A stretch of 61,337 nucleotides of DNA, filler included, from Chiloscyllium plagiosum (taxonomy: Eukaryota): the NCBI RefSeq assembly GCF_004010195.1. It is 5 parts of one record of this genome, joined end to end, with 100 filler letters (N's around TTAATTAATTAA, not from the genome) between each part and the next. Parts side by side here need not be neighbours in the genome. Positions count along the whole stretch, not along the records: positions 36,383 to 58,345 come from NC_057710.1; positions 58,446 to 61,337 come from NC_057710.1; 3 more parts are not named here. One strand, 5' to 3'. A program made the translations under genes and the position numbers. The notes below the pieces were generated by a model. That model did not search any database. It was not told where the DNA came from and saw only the letters and a list, made by a program, of their open reading frames with translations. Positions within the stretch are counted from its first letter, which is position 1. The number at the start of each line of letters is the position of its first letter. Positions 47,865 to 60,586 of the stretch are shown one piece after another.

Positions 47865-49832
47865 AGACAAAAGAGGTCTGGAAATGTATCAAAGAAAAAT
47901 TGAGAGCCTATAAAGTGGCCAAGAACACTGGGAAATCAGAAGATTGGGAATACTTCAAAAACAAACAGAGGATAACAAAGAGAAATAAGGAAGGATAGGA
48001 TCAAATATGAAGGTAGGCTAGCCAGTAATATTAGAAATGATAGTAAGTGTTTCTTTCAATACTGAAGAAACAAATGAGAGGCAAAAGTAAGCATTGGGCC
48101 GCTCCAAACTAATACAAGAAGGCTAGTGATGGGAGATAAGGAAATAGCTGAAGAACTTTAATAAGTACTTTGAGTCAGTTTTCACTGTAGAAGACATGAG
48201 TAATATCCCAACAATTAAGGGGAGTTAGGGGGCAGAGGTGTGTGTGGTAGCCATTACAAAAGAGAAAATGCTAAAAGGTCTAAAAAATGATAAATCTCCT
48301 GGCCCTAGAGTACTGAGGGAGGTGGCTGGGGAAATGGCGGAGATGTTGGTTGTGATCTTTCAAAAGTCACTGGAGTCAGGGAAAGTCCCAGATGACTGGA
48401 AAATCATTGTTGTAATCCCCTTGTTCAAGAAAGGATCAAGACAAAAGATGGAAAATTATAGGCCAATTAGCCTAACTTTGGTTGTTGCTAAAATTTTAGA
48501 ATCTATCGTTAAAATGAGATTTCTAAATTCTTAGAAGCGTAGGGTCGGATTAGAACAAGTCAGCATGGATTTAGTAAGGGGAGGTCATGCCTGAAAAACC
48601 TGTTAGAATTCTTTGAAGAGGTAACAAGTAGCTTAGACCAGGGAAACCGATTGGATGCTATCTACCTAGATTTCCAAAAGGCCTTTGATAATGTGTCTCA
48701 CAGGAGGCTGCTGAGTAAGGTGAGGGCCCCTGGTGTTTGAAGTGAGCTACTGGCATGGATTGAGAATTGGCTGTCTGACAGAAGGCCAAGAGTTGAAATA
48801 AAAGATTATTTTTCGGAATGGCAGCCAGTGACAACTGGTGTCCTGCAGGGTTCAGTGTTGGAGCCGCAGCTGTTCACTTTATATATTAATGATCTGGATG
48901 AAGGGACTGGGAGCATTCTGGTGAAATCTCCCAATGATGTGAAGTTAGGTGGACAGGCCAGTACTACTGAGGAGGTGGGGAGGCTGCAGAAAGATTCAGA
49001 CAGTTTAGGAGAGTGGTCCAGGAAATGGTTGATGAAATTCAATGGGAGCAAATGCAAGGTCTTGCACTTTGGAAAAAAGAATACAGACATGGACTATTTT
49101 CTAAACGGTGAGAAAATTCATAAAGCCAAAGTGCAAAAGGATCTAGGAGTGCTAGTCGAGGATTCTCTAAAGGTTAACTTGCAGGTTGAGTCCGTGATTA
49201 AAATAATGAATATAATGTTGTCATTTATCTCAAGAGGGTTGGAATATAAAAGCAGTGATGTGCTTCTGAGCTCTAGTTAGGCCTCATTTGGAATACTATG
49301 TCCAATTTTGGGCCCACACCTCAAGAAAGGCATACTGGCATTGGAGCTTGTCCAGGAGAGATTCACACGGATGATCCCTGAAATGGTAGGCCTAACATAC
49401 GATGAAGGGCTGAGGATCCTGGGATTGTATTCATTAGACTTTAGAAGGTTGAGGGGAGATCTAATAGAAACTTACAAGATAATGCATGGCTTAGAAAGGG
49501 TGGATGCTGGGAAGTTGTTTTCATTAGGTGAGGAGACTAGGACCTGTGGGCACAGCCTTAGAATTAAAGGGAGTCAATTTAGAACGGAAATGAAGAGACA
49601 TTTCTTCAACCAGAGAGTGGCAGACCTGTGGGATTCATTGCCATAGTGTGTAGTGGAGACCGGGACATTAAATATCTTCAAGGCAGAGATTGATAAATCC
49701 TTGATCTCGTAAGGAATTAAGGGCTACGGGAAGTGTGCAGGTAAATGGAGTTGAAATGCCATCGGCCATGATTAAGTGGCAGAGTAGAATCAATGGCCTT
49801 ACTTCCATCCCTATGTCTTATGGTCTTATGGT
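47865..49832 (+). mobile_element. CR1 LINE 3' 2 kb
   Basis: ENYRPISLT, GVLQGSVLEPQLF and LRGDLIETYK, with a (tcttatgg)n tail. Confidence 0.92.
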
Positions 49833-51044
49833 ATGTGCTTGTGGGTCATGGTGATCTATAGAGAGAAAGGGGAGACATAGCCCTCTTGCAATCTTTTTTT
49901 TTAAAATAGACACAATATGGCCGCCCTCTTTTTGAGAGAGAGAGTGTATTCAACTTGTGGTTGCAGTGTTTTAATACATGTTTTAGACTTTATTTTCGGT
50001 TCTTAATTGTGAAGTTCTGCTCTGAACTCTAAGAGATACTGGGTGACTCTTAAGAAACTAAATTTTCAGTTTGCTTCAGCTGTTGTTAACTTTTGGGTTT
50101 TTCATTCCAATTTGCTGAGACTAGCCTTGCTATTCACTTCCTGTCACCAGCTTCAAGTACCCACTTTCTGTTGTCATTATGTCTTCTCTATGTTAGCCCT
50201 CATACAATATCCCACAAAGACTAGAGTTATTGTTGAGACAGATATCTGGAAGTTTATTAACAACCTCTAGGCTCTGTTTACTTATATTACATTACATATA
50301 ATTAACTAGCTGACAAACTGATTACTTGCTTAACTCACCAGCTGATGAACTAACTTACTAACTAACAGAATGTGATGAAGACATTTTGTACAGGAGCATC
50401 ATATGTTCTGATACCTTCTAACTGTTATAGTGCCTTTCAATATATTTGTAATTATGCAACTGGGATTACTGGCTCAGTCAATCAAATGCTGGGCCATTTC
50501 CAATCTGGAGTTTGGCCACAGTTAGTTAGGATGTTTTGTCTGATGCCAATTCAGGTATTGGCTCTGTTTCAGCTGGGGGTTTGTCCTTGGTCTCAAGCAA
50601 AATGAGTCTGGACTGTACTGGTTCGTCAGTTAGGTGTGTCTTACAAATTCAGTCCAGGGAATGGGCCATAGTCAGACCAGGTAGTAGATCACATGTAATC
50701 CGAGGAGATATTTTGGTTAGGCCATGACGTTGTTGAGGCGACAGGCAGTTCAACTCTAGGGATGGACCTGGATGTATTTGTTAGCTGAGGGAATAAGAAT
50801 CTAAGGTGACAATTGAAGATCGTTGTGTCAGATCTGGTAGTTTATGGAAAGTAACTAGATGATCTCAAGGCAAGTGATATTTTCACTGGCCTCAGTATTT
50901 GGAGGGGAGATCACAGGGCCAGCAAGGGCATCCACAACTCAATGGTCATAGACTCAGAGTAAAACGGGGATGTGGATGGTGATTGTAAAGGGGTCAATTA
51001 TAACGGGAAAGGGTAATAGATCAGTAGAAGAGGTGAAGAACCTA

Positions 51045-51244
51045 CATAGAGGTCACCCCTCAGCCTCCGAAGCTCCAGGGAAAACAGCCCCAGCCTGTTA
51101 AGCCTCTCCCTACAGCTCAAATCCTCCAACCCTGGTAACATCCTTGTAAATCTTTTCTGAACCCTTTCAAGTTTCACAACATCTTTCCGATAGGAAGGAG
51201 ACCAGAATTGCACGCAATATTCCAACAGTGGCCTAACCAATGTA
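51045..51244 (-). mobile_element. CR1 (HER1-like) internal fragment
   Basis: TLVRPLLEYCVQFWSP...LRGDL. Confidence 0.88.
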
Positions 51245-51789
51245 CATACTTCAGGGATCATTGAAAAAGCCTATAAGTCACTATGATGAACACAAATCCT
51301 AAAACTCACCACATTGATCCAACTGTACAATCGGCCTTCAATGGACAATGCAGTACCCAAAGTGGGAGATATATATCACTGTTCTTTTGAAGGAAGGCTG
51401 AGCTCAGAGATGGACATCTAAAGGGTGACTCTGGTAATCGGTGATTACACAGTGTTATCCATTTGCCTTCGATTCATGCTTAATCAGTTTGTCAGTATAT
51501 CCCATAATAACCAATCCCACAGTCCAAGCTACATCAAGGAAATTCCCACCGTGCTCTTTCACTTGGCATGGAAAGGTTTCCTGTACAAGCTTCTGCTACA
51601 CACCCTCTAAAGCCTTGCCACTGCCGGCCATCTGAAACAAATTGTGGTGTTACATCCTGCTATTCAAAGGTGGTGGGGGCACCTGGTGGCAATCTTTCTA
51701 CATTGAAGTCCTGCCCTCCAATGGGGATTTGGCTTGGAGGATGTTGCATGCAGCAGATGTGTGCAATAAAAAATTAAGGTAGTTCACAG

Positions 51790-52200
51790 ACTCCCGGGCT
51801 GAGGAGTCTGCACTCCGCGTGTACACTTGGTGCGGTTGACTGCAACCCTTTAACCTTTTGAAGGGGCTGCTTTGCAGGTTTGCACATCAGCCCCATACTC
51901 CTGATCTTTGGCCACCCAGTGCAGAGGGGGATGGACATGTCAAAAGACTTCCAAGTAAACCTGGTCCTGGGCCTGGCCAAAGCAATCATAAATAGTCCCA
52001 GGTTGTGAGGGGCCAATCAACCCGACTGCCTGGCTTTCTCTCAGAGCCATGTCCTTGTCTGGGTGGTTTTGGAGGGGCATCACACAGAGTACACAGTCAC
52101 ACTTGAGTCCTCTTGCAGCTGGATGCCACAGAGGCTGGAGTACATTATTAATCTCCAAATTAACACTTTAATTGGAATTTTGTAAATTTAAATTTGAACC
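51790..52200 (+). mobile_element. Degenerate Tx1-clade LINE 3' end
   Basis: PILLIFGHPVQRG...VNLVLGLAKAIINS, preceded by a degenerate EES...C motif. Confidence 0.6.
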
Positions 52201-54869
52201 TTTGATTTCTGTTACAAGGCCCAGTTAAGGGGCTACATCCTTTAACATGATTTAATGTTGTTTAAATTTGCTTTAATGATTTCCAAAAGAGCCACTTGAT
52301 ACTACCAATTCCAAGGCATTGTGGCACAGTGGTGGTGTCACTACCTCTGGACAAAAATGAAAAGCAGTGTCCAGGAAGGATTTCTAGTTTGAGTGGATGA
52401 TGTGAGTGTTGCCATCTCCCAGGAGTAAGATGGACCTTCTGAGGGCCGCATCATCAACTTGGGTGCCATCTTAGACTTTGGGGAGACATTTTGGGGCTGC
52501 TGGGAGGATCACCTCCACAGGTGCCTGGGACATTCCTGGTTTAGAATCATAAAATCCCAACAGTGTGGAAGCAGGCCAGTTGGCAGCAGATGAAATGGTG
52601 TTGAGCTGACCTTTAAATATGGTGCCAGATCCTTTAGCCCTGGAAGGCCCGACCAGTGCTGAGAGCATCTGGCTTGCTCACCATGTGACATTCACAGAAT
52701 AACTAACACAACATTTCAACTGCATAGATAATGGGAAGCAGGTAATAGTGTGAGATAACTTTGCCTCAAGCGCTGACGGATATGAAAACATCTAAAACAC
52801 TCCCTGCTATGCTTTAACTTCAAAATAGAAAATCTCAGCCCACGCAACCAGGGACATTGATTGGAAAATGAAGTTTGATCTGGAAAAATTCTAGTTTAGG
52901 ACTTGGCAAACAGGCAGAGAAGAAATGTGAAACAAAGGCCCGTTAATTTACTTACATGGGGAGGCAGACAGAAGGAATATTTTCGAAACTTGTGAATATG
53001 CTATTATTCACACAGCTGCAATGCTCAGTGCTAGTGCCAGGAGAGCAGATTGTGTACTGCCTGTTCTATAATGAATCAAAGTTTTATAAATGTGGACAAA
53101 TAAAGCCTTCATTAAACTTATTTTTTCTTGTCTGCATGAATCATTATGAGCACCTTCCTTTAGGCATCAAACAGATTACTTTGTCCTGAATGACGTTATT
53201 GATCATTATTGCATTCACGCAAAGGTAAAGTACTTGGTCATGCACCTGCCTCGAGCTTGGGAGATATCAAGTAGGAAAAAACAGTGTGCAATTGTCAAAA
53301 TTAACCCCAATATTAATCTTCCATTATCCACGACAGTACAATTGATGATGGTAGGAGTGAGAAGGATGACTTAAGTAACTCCTCCATTAGCCATCTGTTC
53401 CTGCTGTGACTTCAGGTAATGGAGAATATTCTCACTGATCCCCATTACGTTCACTTTTCCTTGGCCCCCTTGGTGTCTTGCTCATCAATTTTGTTCTTCT
53501 GTAGTGCTAACACTCGCACAGCCTTTCCTGAATTCAATTTGTGTCGATACCTGGCTAATACTGTGCTGATGTTTGATGTTGAAAGCTTTTGACAGAACAA
53601 AAACTGAAAGGGCCCTCTTATGGTGTGATGGCAGTGTCCCTACCCCTGGACTGGGAGGCCCGAGCTCAAGTCCCACCTGCTCCAGAGGTGCATAATAGCA
53701 TCACTGAACAAGTTGATGAGAAGAATAGGTTAAATAAAGAAAAGAACATCAATGAGCAGGTCATTAATGTGTAAGTGCTGCTTGTTAGCACTTTTGAAAA
53801 CACTTGCTAGTGGTGGTTTTTGGGTGATGATAATTAGTTGGATTAGATTCTTTTAGCTTTTGGTGGGCAGGATATACCACAATATTTCCAAATTAGTACT
53901 GTACTGTAACTGTACAGAACAGAAAGAGACAGGGGAAATTTGTTAGGGGGAAAAATTAATCAGATTTCTTCTAGTTAAATCATATGACAGAAGGTCAGCC
54001 AAACCTCTGACTTTGGTTCTATATAAAATATTCATCGCTATCCACCCACTTGCATTACTAATTGGCACATGTTGAGAATCTGTGTGTGTTGTGCCTCTGT
54101 AAATCCCATGGCATATGTGCAAGATGATTCTGAGTAAGACTGCAGTGTCAAATCTATTTGCACCTGTTCTCCCTGTGTTGGTCATTTGAACTTCTGCAAG
54201 CCAATAAGGTCAACCTGAGCTGTTTTATCTTAAAAAGCTAATTTCTTTATATCAAAAAATACTCCATATTGGTTCACTGTGTGCAGGAAGACACCTCACA
54301 ATTGTTGGTCATTTGAGGACCTCCACAATTAGCTAATTACAACAGATTTGTTTAAGTTGCCTTCACTCATAACTTCACAGGAGCTGATTCCAATTAACAA
54401 GGTCATGTTATCATAGAAAAGCAAAAAAAAAATGACTATCCAATTGTCATTAACCCTCTGACTGCCAGGGCCAATGTCTTAGATCAAAATGTTTGGTACT
54501 AATTTGGTACTAGCACGAATATTATAGCAACATCAATACTTAGATCAGTATTTGATTTGATGCTACAATATTCATTCTAAAGTTGTAAATGAATGACATG
54601 AAATATTGTTTGAAAAAAATTTGAGACAGCTTATTTATGCCCATCTTAGTTTATTCTCTCCCTACTTCTGCTTTTATTTTACTGTATATCCTTTTTGATT
54701 AAAAACAACTTGACATTATTTGATTGTGCATAGCCTGACATTTCCTATTGTAAAATGTATGGAGTTTAAAGTTTTCCATTTGACCACTTTTTGTGACCCC
54801 TAGCTCTACATAAGAGATAAAAGAATGTTGTTAAAATTAACTTCTTGAAGACAGGAAATTGCTTTCAAG

Positions 54870-57080
54870 TTTGGCTTTCCATTTAGTTGAAATAAAGAGA
54901 GAATCTATCGGTGACATCTTGCGAAAACTATACAAAGCACTGGTCAGATCACACCTGGAATACCATGAACAGTTTGGATGCTTTATCAAAGGAAATATAT
55001 ACTGGCATTGGAGGCAATCCAGAGAAGGGTCACTCTGTTGATATGGAGTAAGGAGGGACTAGAAGTTGAGTAGATTGGGCCTGTACTCATTGAAATACAA
55101 AAGCATGAGAGGCAATGTTACTGAGACATACAAGATTCTTAAGGTACTTAGCGGGGTAAATGTGGAAAGGTTATTTCCTCTGTTGAGAAAGTCATAATCT
55201 CAAAATAGGAAGTTGACCAGTTAAGACAGAGACAAGGATGAATTTTGTCTCTCAGACAATAGTGAATCTGTGTTTTGTTTTACTATAGTGGGCTGGAAAT
55301 GTTGGGTTGTTGAGTGTATTCAGGACTGAGATAGACAAATTTTTAGTCAATAAGGGAATCAAGGGTCATGAGGATAAAGCAAGAAAATGACCCAATGACT
55401 GGCAGAGTAGACGTGATAGGCTGATTAGTCTTATGGCCCTATGGTTGAAGGTTACTCTGAAAACTAAGAGCTCATGAGATAGGGAATAACATTAGTATGG
55501 TTAGAGGATTGGCTGGTTACTAGGGAGCAGTGGATGGGCATAAAAGGGTCGTTGTTGGCTGGCAGGTTGTGATGAGTCTGTGCCACAGGTAGTGCTGAAG
55601 TCTCAATTATTTAGGAATGACTTGGATGTAGTGGCTGAATTATGGTAGCTACGTTTGCTGATGATACAAAGATAACTGGGAAAGAAAGTTGTGAAATGGA
55701 GTTAAGGAGTATGTAGAGTGATGCAGATACGTACATGCGTAGACAAAAATCAGGCAATGGAGTATGTTGTGGGAACTTGTCCACTTTCACAGGATGTATG
55801 AGAAGCAGCAATATTACTTATATTGATAGCAAGGGCAGAAATCTGTGATACAGGGATTTGTGTGCACTGACATACCAATTACAACACATTATAGCTACAA
55901 CAAATGATTGAAGTCAAATGGAATGTTTTCAGTAATGGGAAAGTAAACAAGGTTTACTGCAGTTCTACAAGATGTTTGGGTCACACCTATCATTAGTGTA
56001 TACAGTTTTATCTTATTATTTAAGAGAGGATGTCAATGCACTTGAGTCAGATCAGTGAAGATTCACTTGACAGATAACTGGGATAGAGACATTATCTTGT
56101 GAAGAAGGATTACCAAGGTTGAATCTGCATCTATTGGAGTTTTGAAAGATGGTTTTATTGAAACATAGAAGATCCTGAGGAGAGTTGAATAGAAGGATGC
56201 GACAGGATGTTTCCTAGTGTTGGAAAGGAGAGAAACTTGGACACAGTTCAAAAAAAGGAATCTCCCATTTTTAAAACTGTGGAGGACTTTTGGTTCTCTC
56301 TCAAAGGGTTATATGTCATTGTAAATCTTTTTCCAGGAGAGCAGAGGAGAATGGGCCATTGAATACCTTTAATGCAGAGCTAGATAAATTCTTTATTTAC
56401 AAAGGAGTCAAAGATTATCAGAGCTGGGCATGAAAGAGATTGACACATTCATAGATAGGAAAGGCACTAAGGAATATGGCATTGAGATAAAGAATCAGTG
56501 AATTTAGTATATTGATAATCTTAAAAGCCAATGACACAATCCGATGCTTTGGGGGAATATAATACCGGGGAAAATTGAACAGTTGGGAGGAGAACTGCCA
56601 AACTACCAGCATGAAATAAAGATTGCCTGAAAAATAGCTCTTACCTTTATCGATCAGTAACGTGTGAAGCAGAAATCCCTAAGAAGAAAAGAAGACCGAA
56701 ACTCAGAGAAATCAAAAGCTGCCTGGTTTTGAGATAAGTTTTGTTTTGTAAATCGCAATATGGAGTTTTATCAGATTAGTATTATAGAAGGGAAGGTAAA
56801 AGATAGGCTAGAGGAAGAATTGTAAATAGTTGTTAGTTAATTTTTCTCTGTTATACTTTAAGAAATAAAGTTAATTTTTACCTTAAATAGTTCTTGTTCA
56901 CTCGAATCTTCACAGATTACTGCATGAGATATATCTTTTCTGTGTTGCTGGTTTTAAATTAAGTAGAAGGGTTTACACCGTGTTGTAATATATGGCATTG
57001 AGATAAAGGATCAGCCAGGATCATGTTAAATATCAGAGCAGGCTTCAAGGGTCACATGGCCAACTGCTCCTCCTAGGATT
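54870..57080 (+). mobile_element. Two old CR1 fragments in tandem
   Basis: LYKALVRSHLEY (54930) and TFADDTK (55650), with degenerate 3' UTRs. Confidence 0.7.
56499..56989 (+). mobile_element. LTR-like segment flanked by 25-bp direct repeats
   Basis: atatggcattgagataaagRatcag at 56474-56498 and 56990-57014. Contains aataaa and ends tgttgtaat. Confidence 0.5.
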
Positions 57081-57839
57081 GAGGCCACAATCAGGTCAAC
57101 CATGCTATTTATTAAATAGTCGAGCAGATAAAAAACAAAGTAGACAGGTGAGGGGAATGCCAGGTCTTTTTTCAGAGATTAAAGATAATTTTGATCAATT
57201 AACCAATGTTGGCCACACCAATTTTCATCTAGCCTTTCATTTTTCACCAGTTATTTGGAAAGGGGTACAATTCAGTTTCAAGAAACTGGGTCAGAAGAGA
57301 GAAACCAGTAAGATATTTTTCCAGAAAACTAAGTTGGCGCTGGTGGAAAAGAAACATGGGATTGTTCCCAACTTTTAAAAACTTTGAAGTATGTGTCTAT
57401 CGTGGCTATGGAGTGACATTGGTAAACATCATAATCCCTAGCTTTTGTAGAATAATTTAGGAAACAAAATGCTAAGCTATTTAGATGGAGTTTACAGCCT
57501 CACCATTTAATGATTGTTCACATTGTGTAGTTAAAAAAATTACAATTTCCAATACTTTATCAAGAATATAGTCTTGTTTGAATTGTTTAAATACAAAGAA
57601 GGTTTCAGAGATAATAGTATCAGTTACATGTAAAACAAAAATAAAAATAAGTGTATGAATGGGCATGGTGAGAAGAACCAAGGTTGTTGGTGAGAAGCAA
57701 CCATGGAGGATTCTGGGAAAAGTCAGTGCAGTCACCACGACTGAGAAAGTGGTTGCCAAGGACCTGATGCTCAACAGGAGACAGAGCATCCAACAGTTAG
57801 TGCAGGAGAGAAGTCACTGAGGAGGATTCTGAGAGAAGT

Positions 57840-58345
57840 CAGGTCCACCGACGTCAAGCCAGTGTTCTTCTCTGACCACTGTCTCCTGTTGGCTGACTGT
57901 CACCTACAGGACGAGCATCGGGCTGGTAAGGGAACGTGGAAGTTGAACACAAAGCTGTTGACCCCCGGAAACATTGAGGAGCTCAAGAGGGACTATGCAG
58001 GTTGGAGAACTGTGAAGCCCCTCTTTGAGTCCCCAGCGGACTGGTGGGAAACAGTAAAAGGGAACATCAAGAGGTTCTTTATCCTCAAAGGTGTTCAGGA
58101 GGCGAGAGAGAGGTGGGGAAAACTGTCCCAGCTCCAGGAAAGTATGCAGAACCTGCTCCTGCTGCAGACGATGGGGGTGGATGTCACAGAGGACCGCAAG
58201 GAGGTGAAGGGCCAGCAAGCCTCGCTCTTTGCTTCCGAGGCCTCCAAGATAATCTTCCAGTCCAGGGTCCACTCGGTGGAGCAGGATGAGACGTGTTCAC
58301 GTTTCTTCTTCCAGAAGGTGCACAAAGAGAGCTCCGTGCTCAGCG
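57840..58345 (+). mobile_element. Young Tx1-clade LINE ORF2 fragment (end of endonuclease), cut by a gap
   Basis: Open frame VFFSDHCLL...GTWKLNTKLL...DWWETVKGNIKRFF...ETCSRFFF. Confidence 0.88.
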
Positions 58346-58445
58346 NNNNNNNNNNNNNNNNNNNNNNNNNNNNNNNNNNNNNNNNNNNNTTAATTAATTA
58401 ANNNNNNNNNNNNNNNNNNNNNNNNNNNNNNNNNNNNNNNNNNNN
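58346..58445. other. Artificial scaffold spacer
   Basis: N44-TTAATTAATTAA-N44. Confidence 0.97.
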
Positions 58446-58648
58446 TGGCATATTTGTGGAGTCTCTTCCTTCCGTTAGTTGTTTAATTGTCAACCTTCAT
58501 TCATAACTGGGTGTGGCAGGGCTGCAGGGGTTAGCTCTGATCCGTTGTCTGTGTGGGATTGAATAGCACCATCAATTGCATGCTGCTTCCGCTAGTTGGA
58601 ATGGAAGTAGTCCTGTGTTGTAGCTTCACCAGGTCGACACTTTTTTTT

Positions 58649-58781
58649 GTTCTGAGGAAGGGTCACTGGACTCAAAACATTAACTCTGATTTCTCTCCAC
58701 AGATGCTGCCAGACCTGCTAAGCTTTTCCAGTGATTTTTGGTTTTGTTTCTGATTTCAGCATTCACAGTTCTTTCAGTTTC
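58649..58781 (+). mobile_element. Penelope family C mini-element beginning at the hammerhead motif
   Basis: GTT-CTGAGGA-A-GGGTC-ACTG-GACTC-AAAA-CATT-AAC. Confidence 0.82.
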
Positions 58782-59129
58782 TACCTCATACCCTTTTGTG
58801 GGTATGCCTGGTGCTGCTCCTGGTATGCTCTCCTGCACTCTCCATTGAACTAGGGTTTATCTGGGCCATGAAGTTACATATTGTGTTTGAGTACAATTCT
58901 ACTGCTGCTGATGGCCAGTTTTGAGTTACTAGATCTGTTTGAATTCACTACTAATACTGCACAACTCGATGGAGGATATTCTGAACATGAAGATTGGATT
59001 TTATCCATACAATGACTGTGCAGAGTCAATAGGTCCGTGTTTACAGTTATTTTTCTTGGTGCTTTGATCAATGCTAGGTCTTCTGCCTAGTTTCATTCTT
59101 TTCTTTAAACTTAGTAGTAATTTTGCAAC

Positions 59130-59214
59130 AACTGAGTTGCTCATGAGGCCATTTCAGAGGACATTTAAGAGTCAATCACATTGCTGTGGGTCACATGTAG
59201 TCCAAGGCAGGTAA
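59130..59214 (-). mobile_element. SINE core fragment (same family as 13790-14104)
   Basis: Reverse complement matches ctacatgtga...cccacagcaatgtg.ttgactctta. Confidence 0.65.
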
Positions 59215-60171
59215 CGTCATTCATATAAAGGATTTGGTTGTGAACCTAAGAGGTACAATTAGTAAGTTTGCAGATGACACCAAAATTAGAGGTGTAGTGG
59301 ACAGCAAAGAAGGTTACCTCAGATTATAATGGAAGCTTGATCAGATGGATCAATGGGCCGAGGAGTGGCAAATGGAGTTTAATTTAGAAAAATGTGAGGT
59401 GCTGCATTTTGGAAAGGCAAATCAGGCAGTACTTACACACTTAATGGTAAGGTCCTGGGGAGTGTTTCTGAACAAAGAGACCTTGGAGAACAGGTTCATA
59501 GTTTCTTGAAAGTGAAGTCACAGGTTTAGGATAGTGAAGAAGGTGTTTGGTATGCTTGCCTTTATTGGTCAGAGCATTGATATAGGAGTTGGGAGGTCAT
59601 ATTGCAGCTGTACTGGATATTAGTTAGGCCACTTCTGGAATACTGTGTGCAATTCTGTTCTTCCTCATATAGCAAGGATGTTGTGAAACTTGAAAGGGTT
59701 CAGAAAAGATTTACAAGGATGTTGCCAGGATTGGAGGGTTTGAGCTATAGGGAGAGGCTGATTAAGCTGGGGCTGTTTTCCCTGGAGTGTCAGAGGCTGA
59801 GGGATGACCTTATAAAGATTTATAAAATCAAGAGGGGCATGGATAGGGTAAATAGATAAGGTCTTTTCCCTGGGATGAGGGAGTCCAGAACTAGAGGGCA
59901 TAGGTTTAGCATGAGAGGGGAAAGATTTAAAAGGGATCTAAAGGTCAACCTTTTCACACAGAGGGTGATGCATGTATGGAATAAATTGCCAGAGGAAGTA
60001 GTGGAGGCTGGTACAGTTACAACATTTAAAAGGCATTTGGATGGGTATATGAATAGGAAGGGTTTCGAGGGCTTTGAGCCAAGTGCTGGCAAATGGGACG
60101 AGATTCATTTTGGATATCTGGTTGGCATGGACCCGAAGGGTCTGTTGGCATGCTGTACATCTCTATGACTC
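59215..60171 (+). mobile_element. CR1 (HER1-like) 3' fragment
   Basis: [20 protein letters not shown] and a ctctatgact tail. Confidence 0.93.
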
Positions 60172-60586
60172 CACAACTGCAGACTTTCTTCTGTAAAGAA
60201 CATTGGTTAATGACTTGAGATTTTTCAATAATCAACAACTGTTACAATGCTAGGTGCTCTCTGTTGATTCCTTGCACCATATCCCTACTAACAGTAAGTT
60301 TTCTCAAGTCCATGAAAAAGACTTACCTACCAGGAGCTTATCAATCTGCATACAATGCATACTAGATGACATGAAATGAAAAGTAGAGAGGAGAAGTGAA
60401 ACCAAATGTTGAGCAACAAGTCCTTCAGTTAGCAATAATATAGCTGCAAAGTCTGTGACTGCAAGTGCCATTATATCATATTAATTAACTTGGAAACATT
60501 CCCTTAACAGTTAATAGCAGTTGAGTAACTGGTTAGGTCAAAGTAAAACTATCCTAAAATGAATCTAAAAAATACGATGAGAAGGT

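Noticed and set aside
9564..58445. Recurrent TTAATTAATTAA motif as a biological repeat
   Set aside because: It is always centred in exactly 44+44 Ns, so it is an artificial contig linker. Adjacency across these gaps is uncertain.
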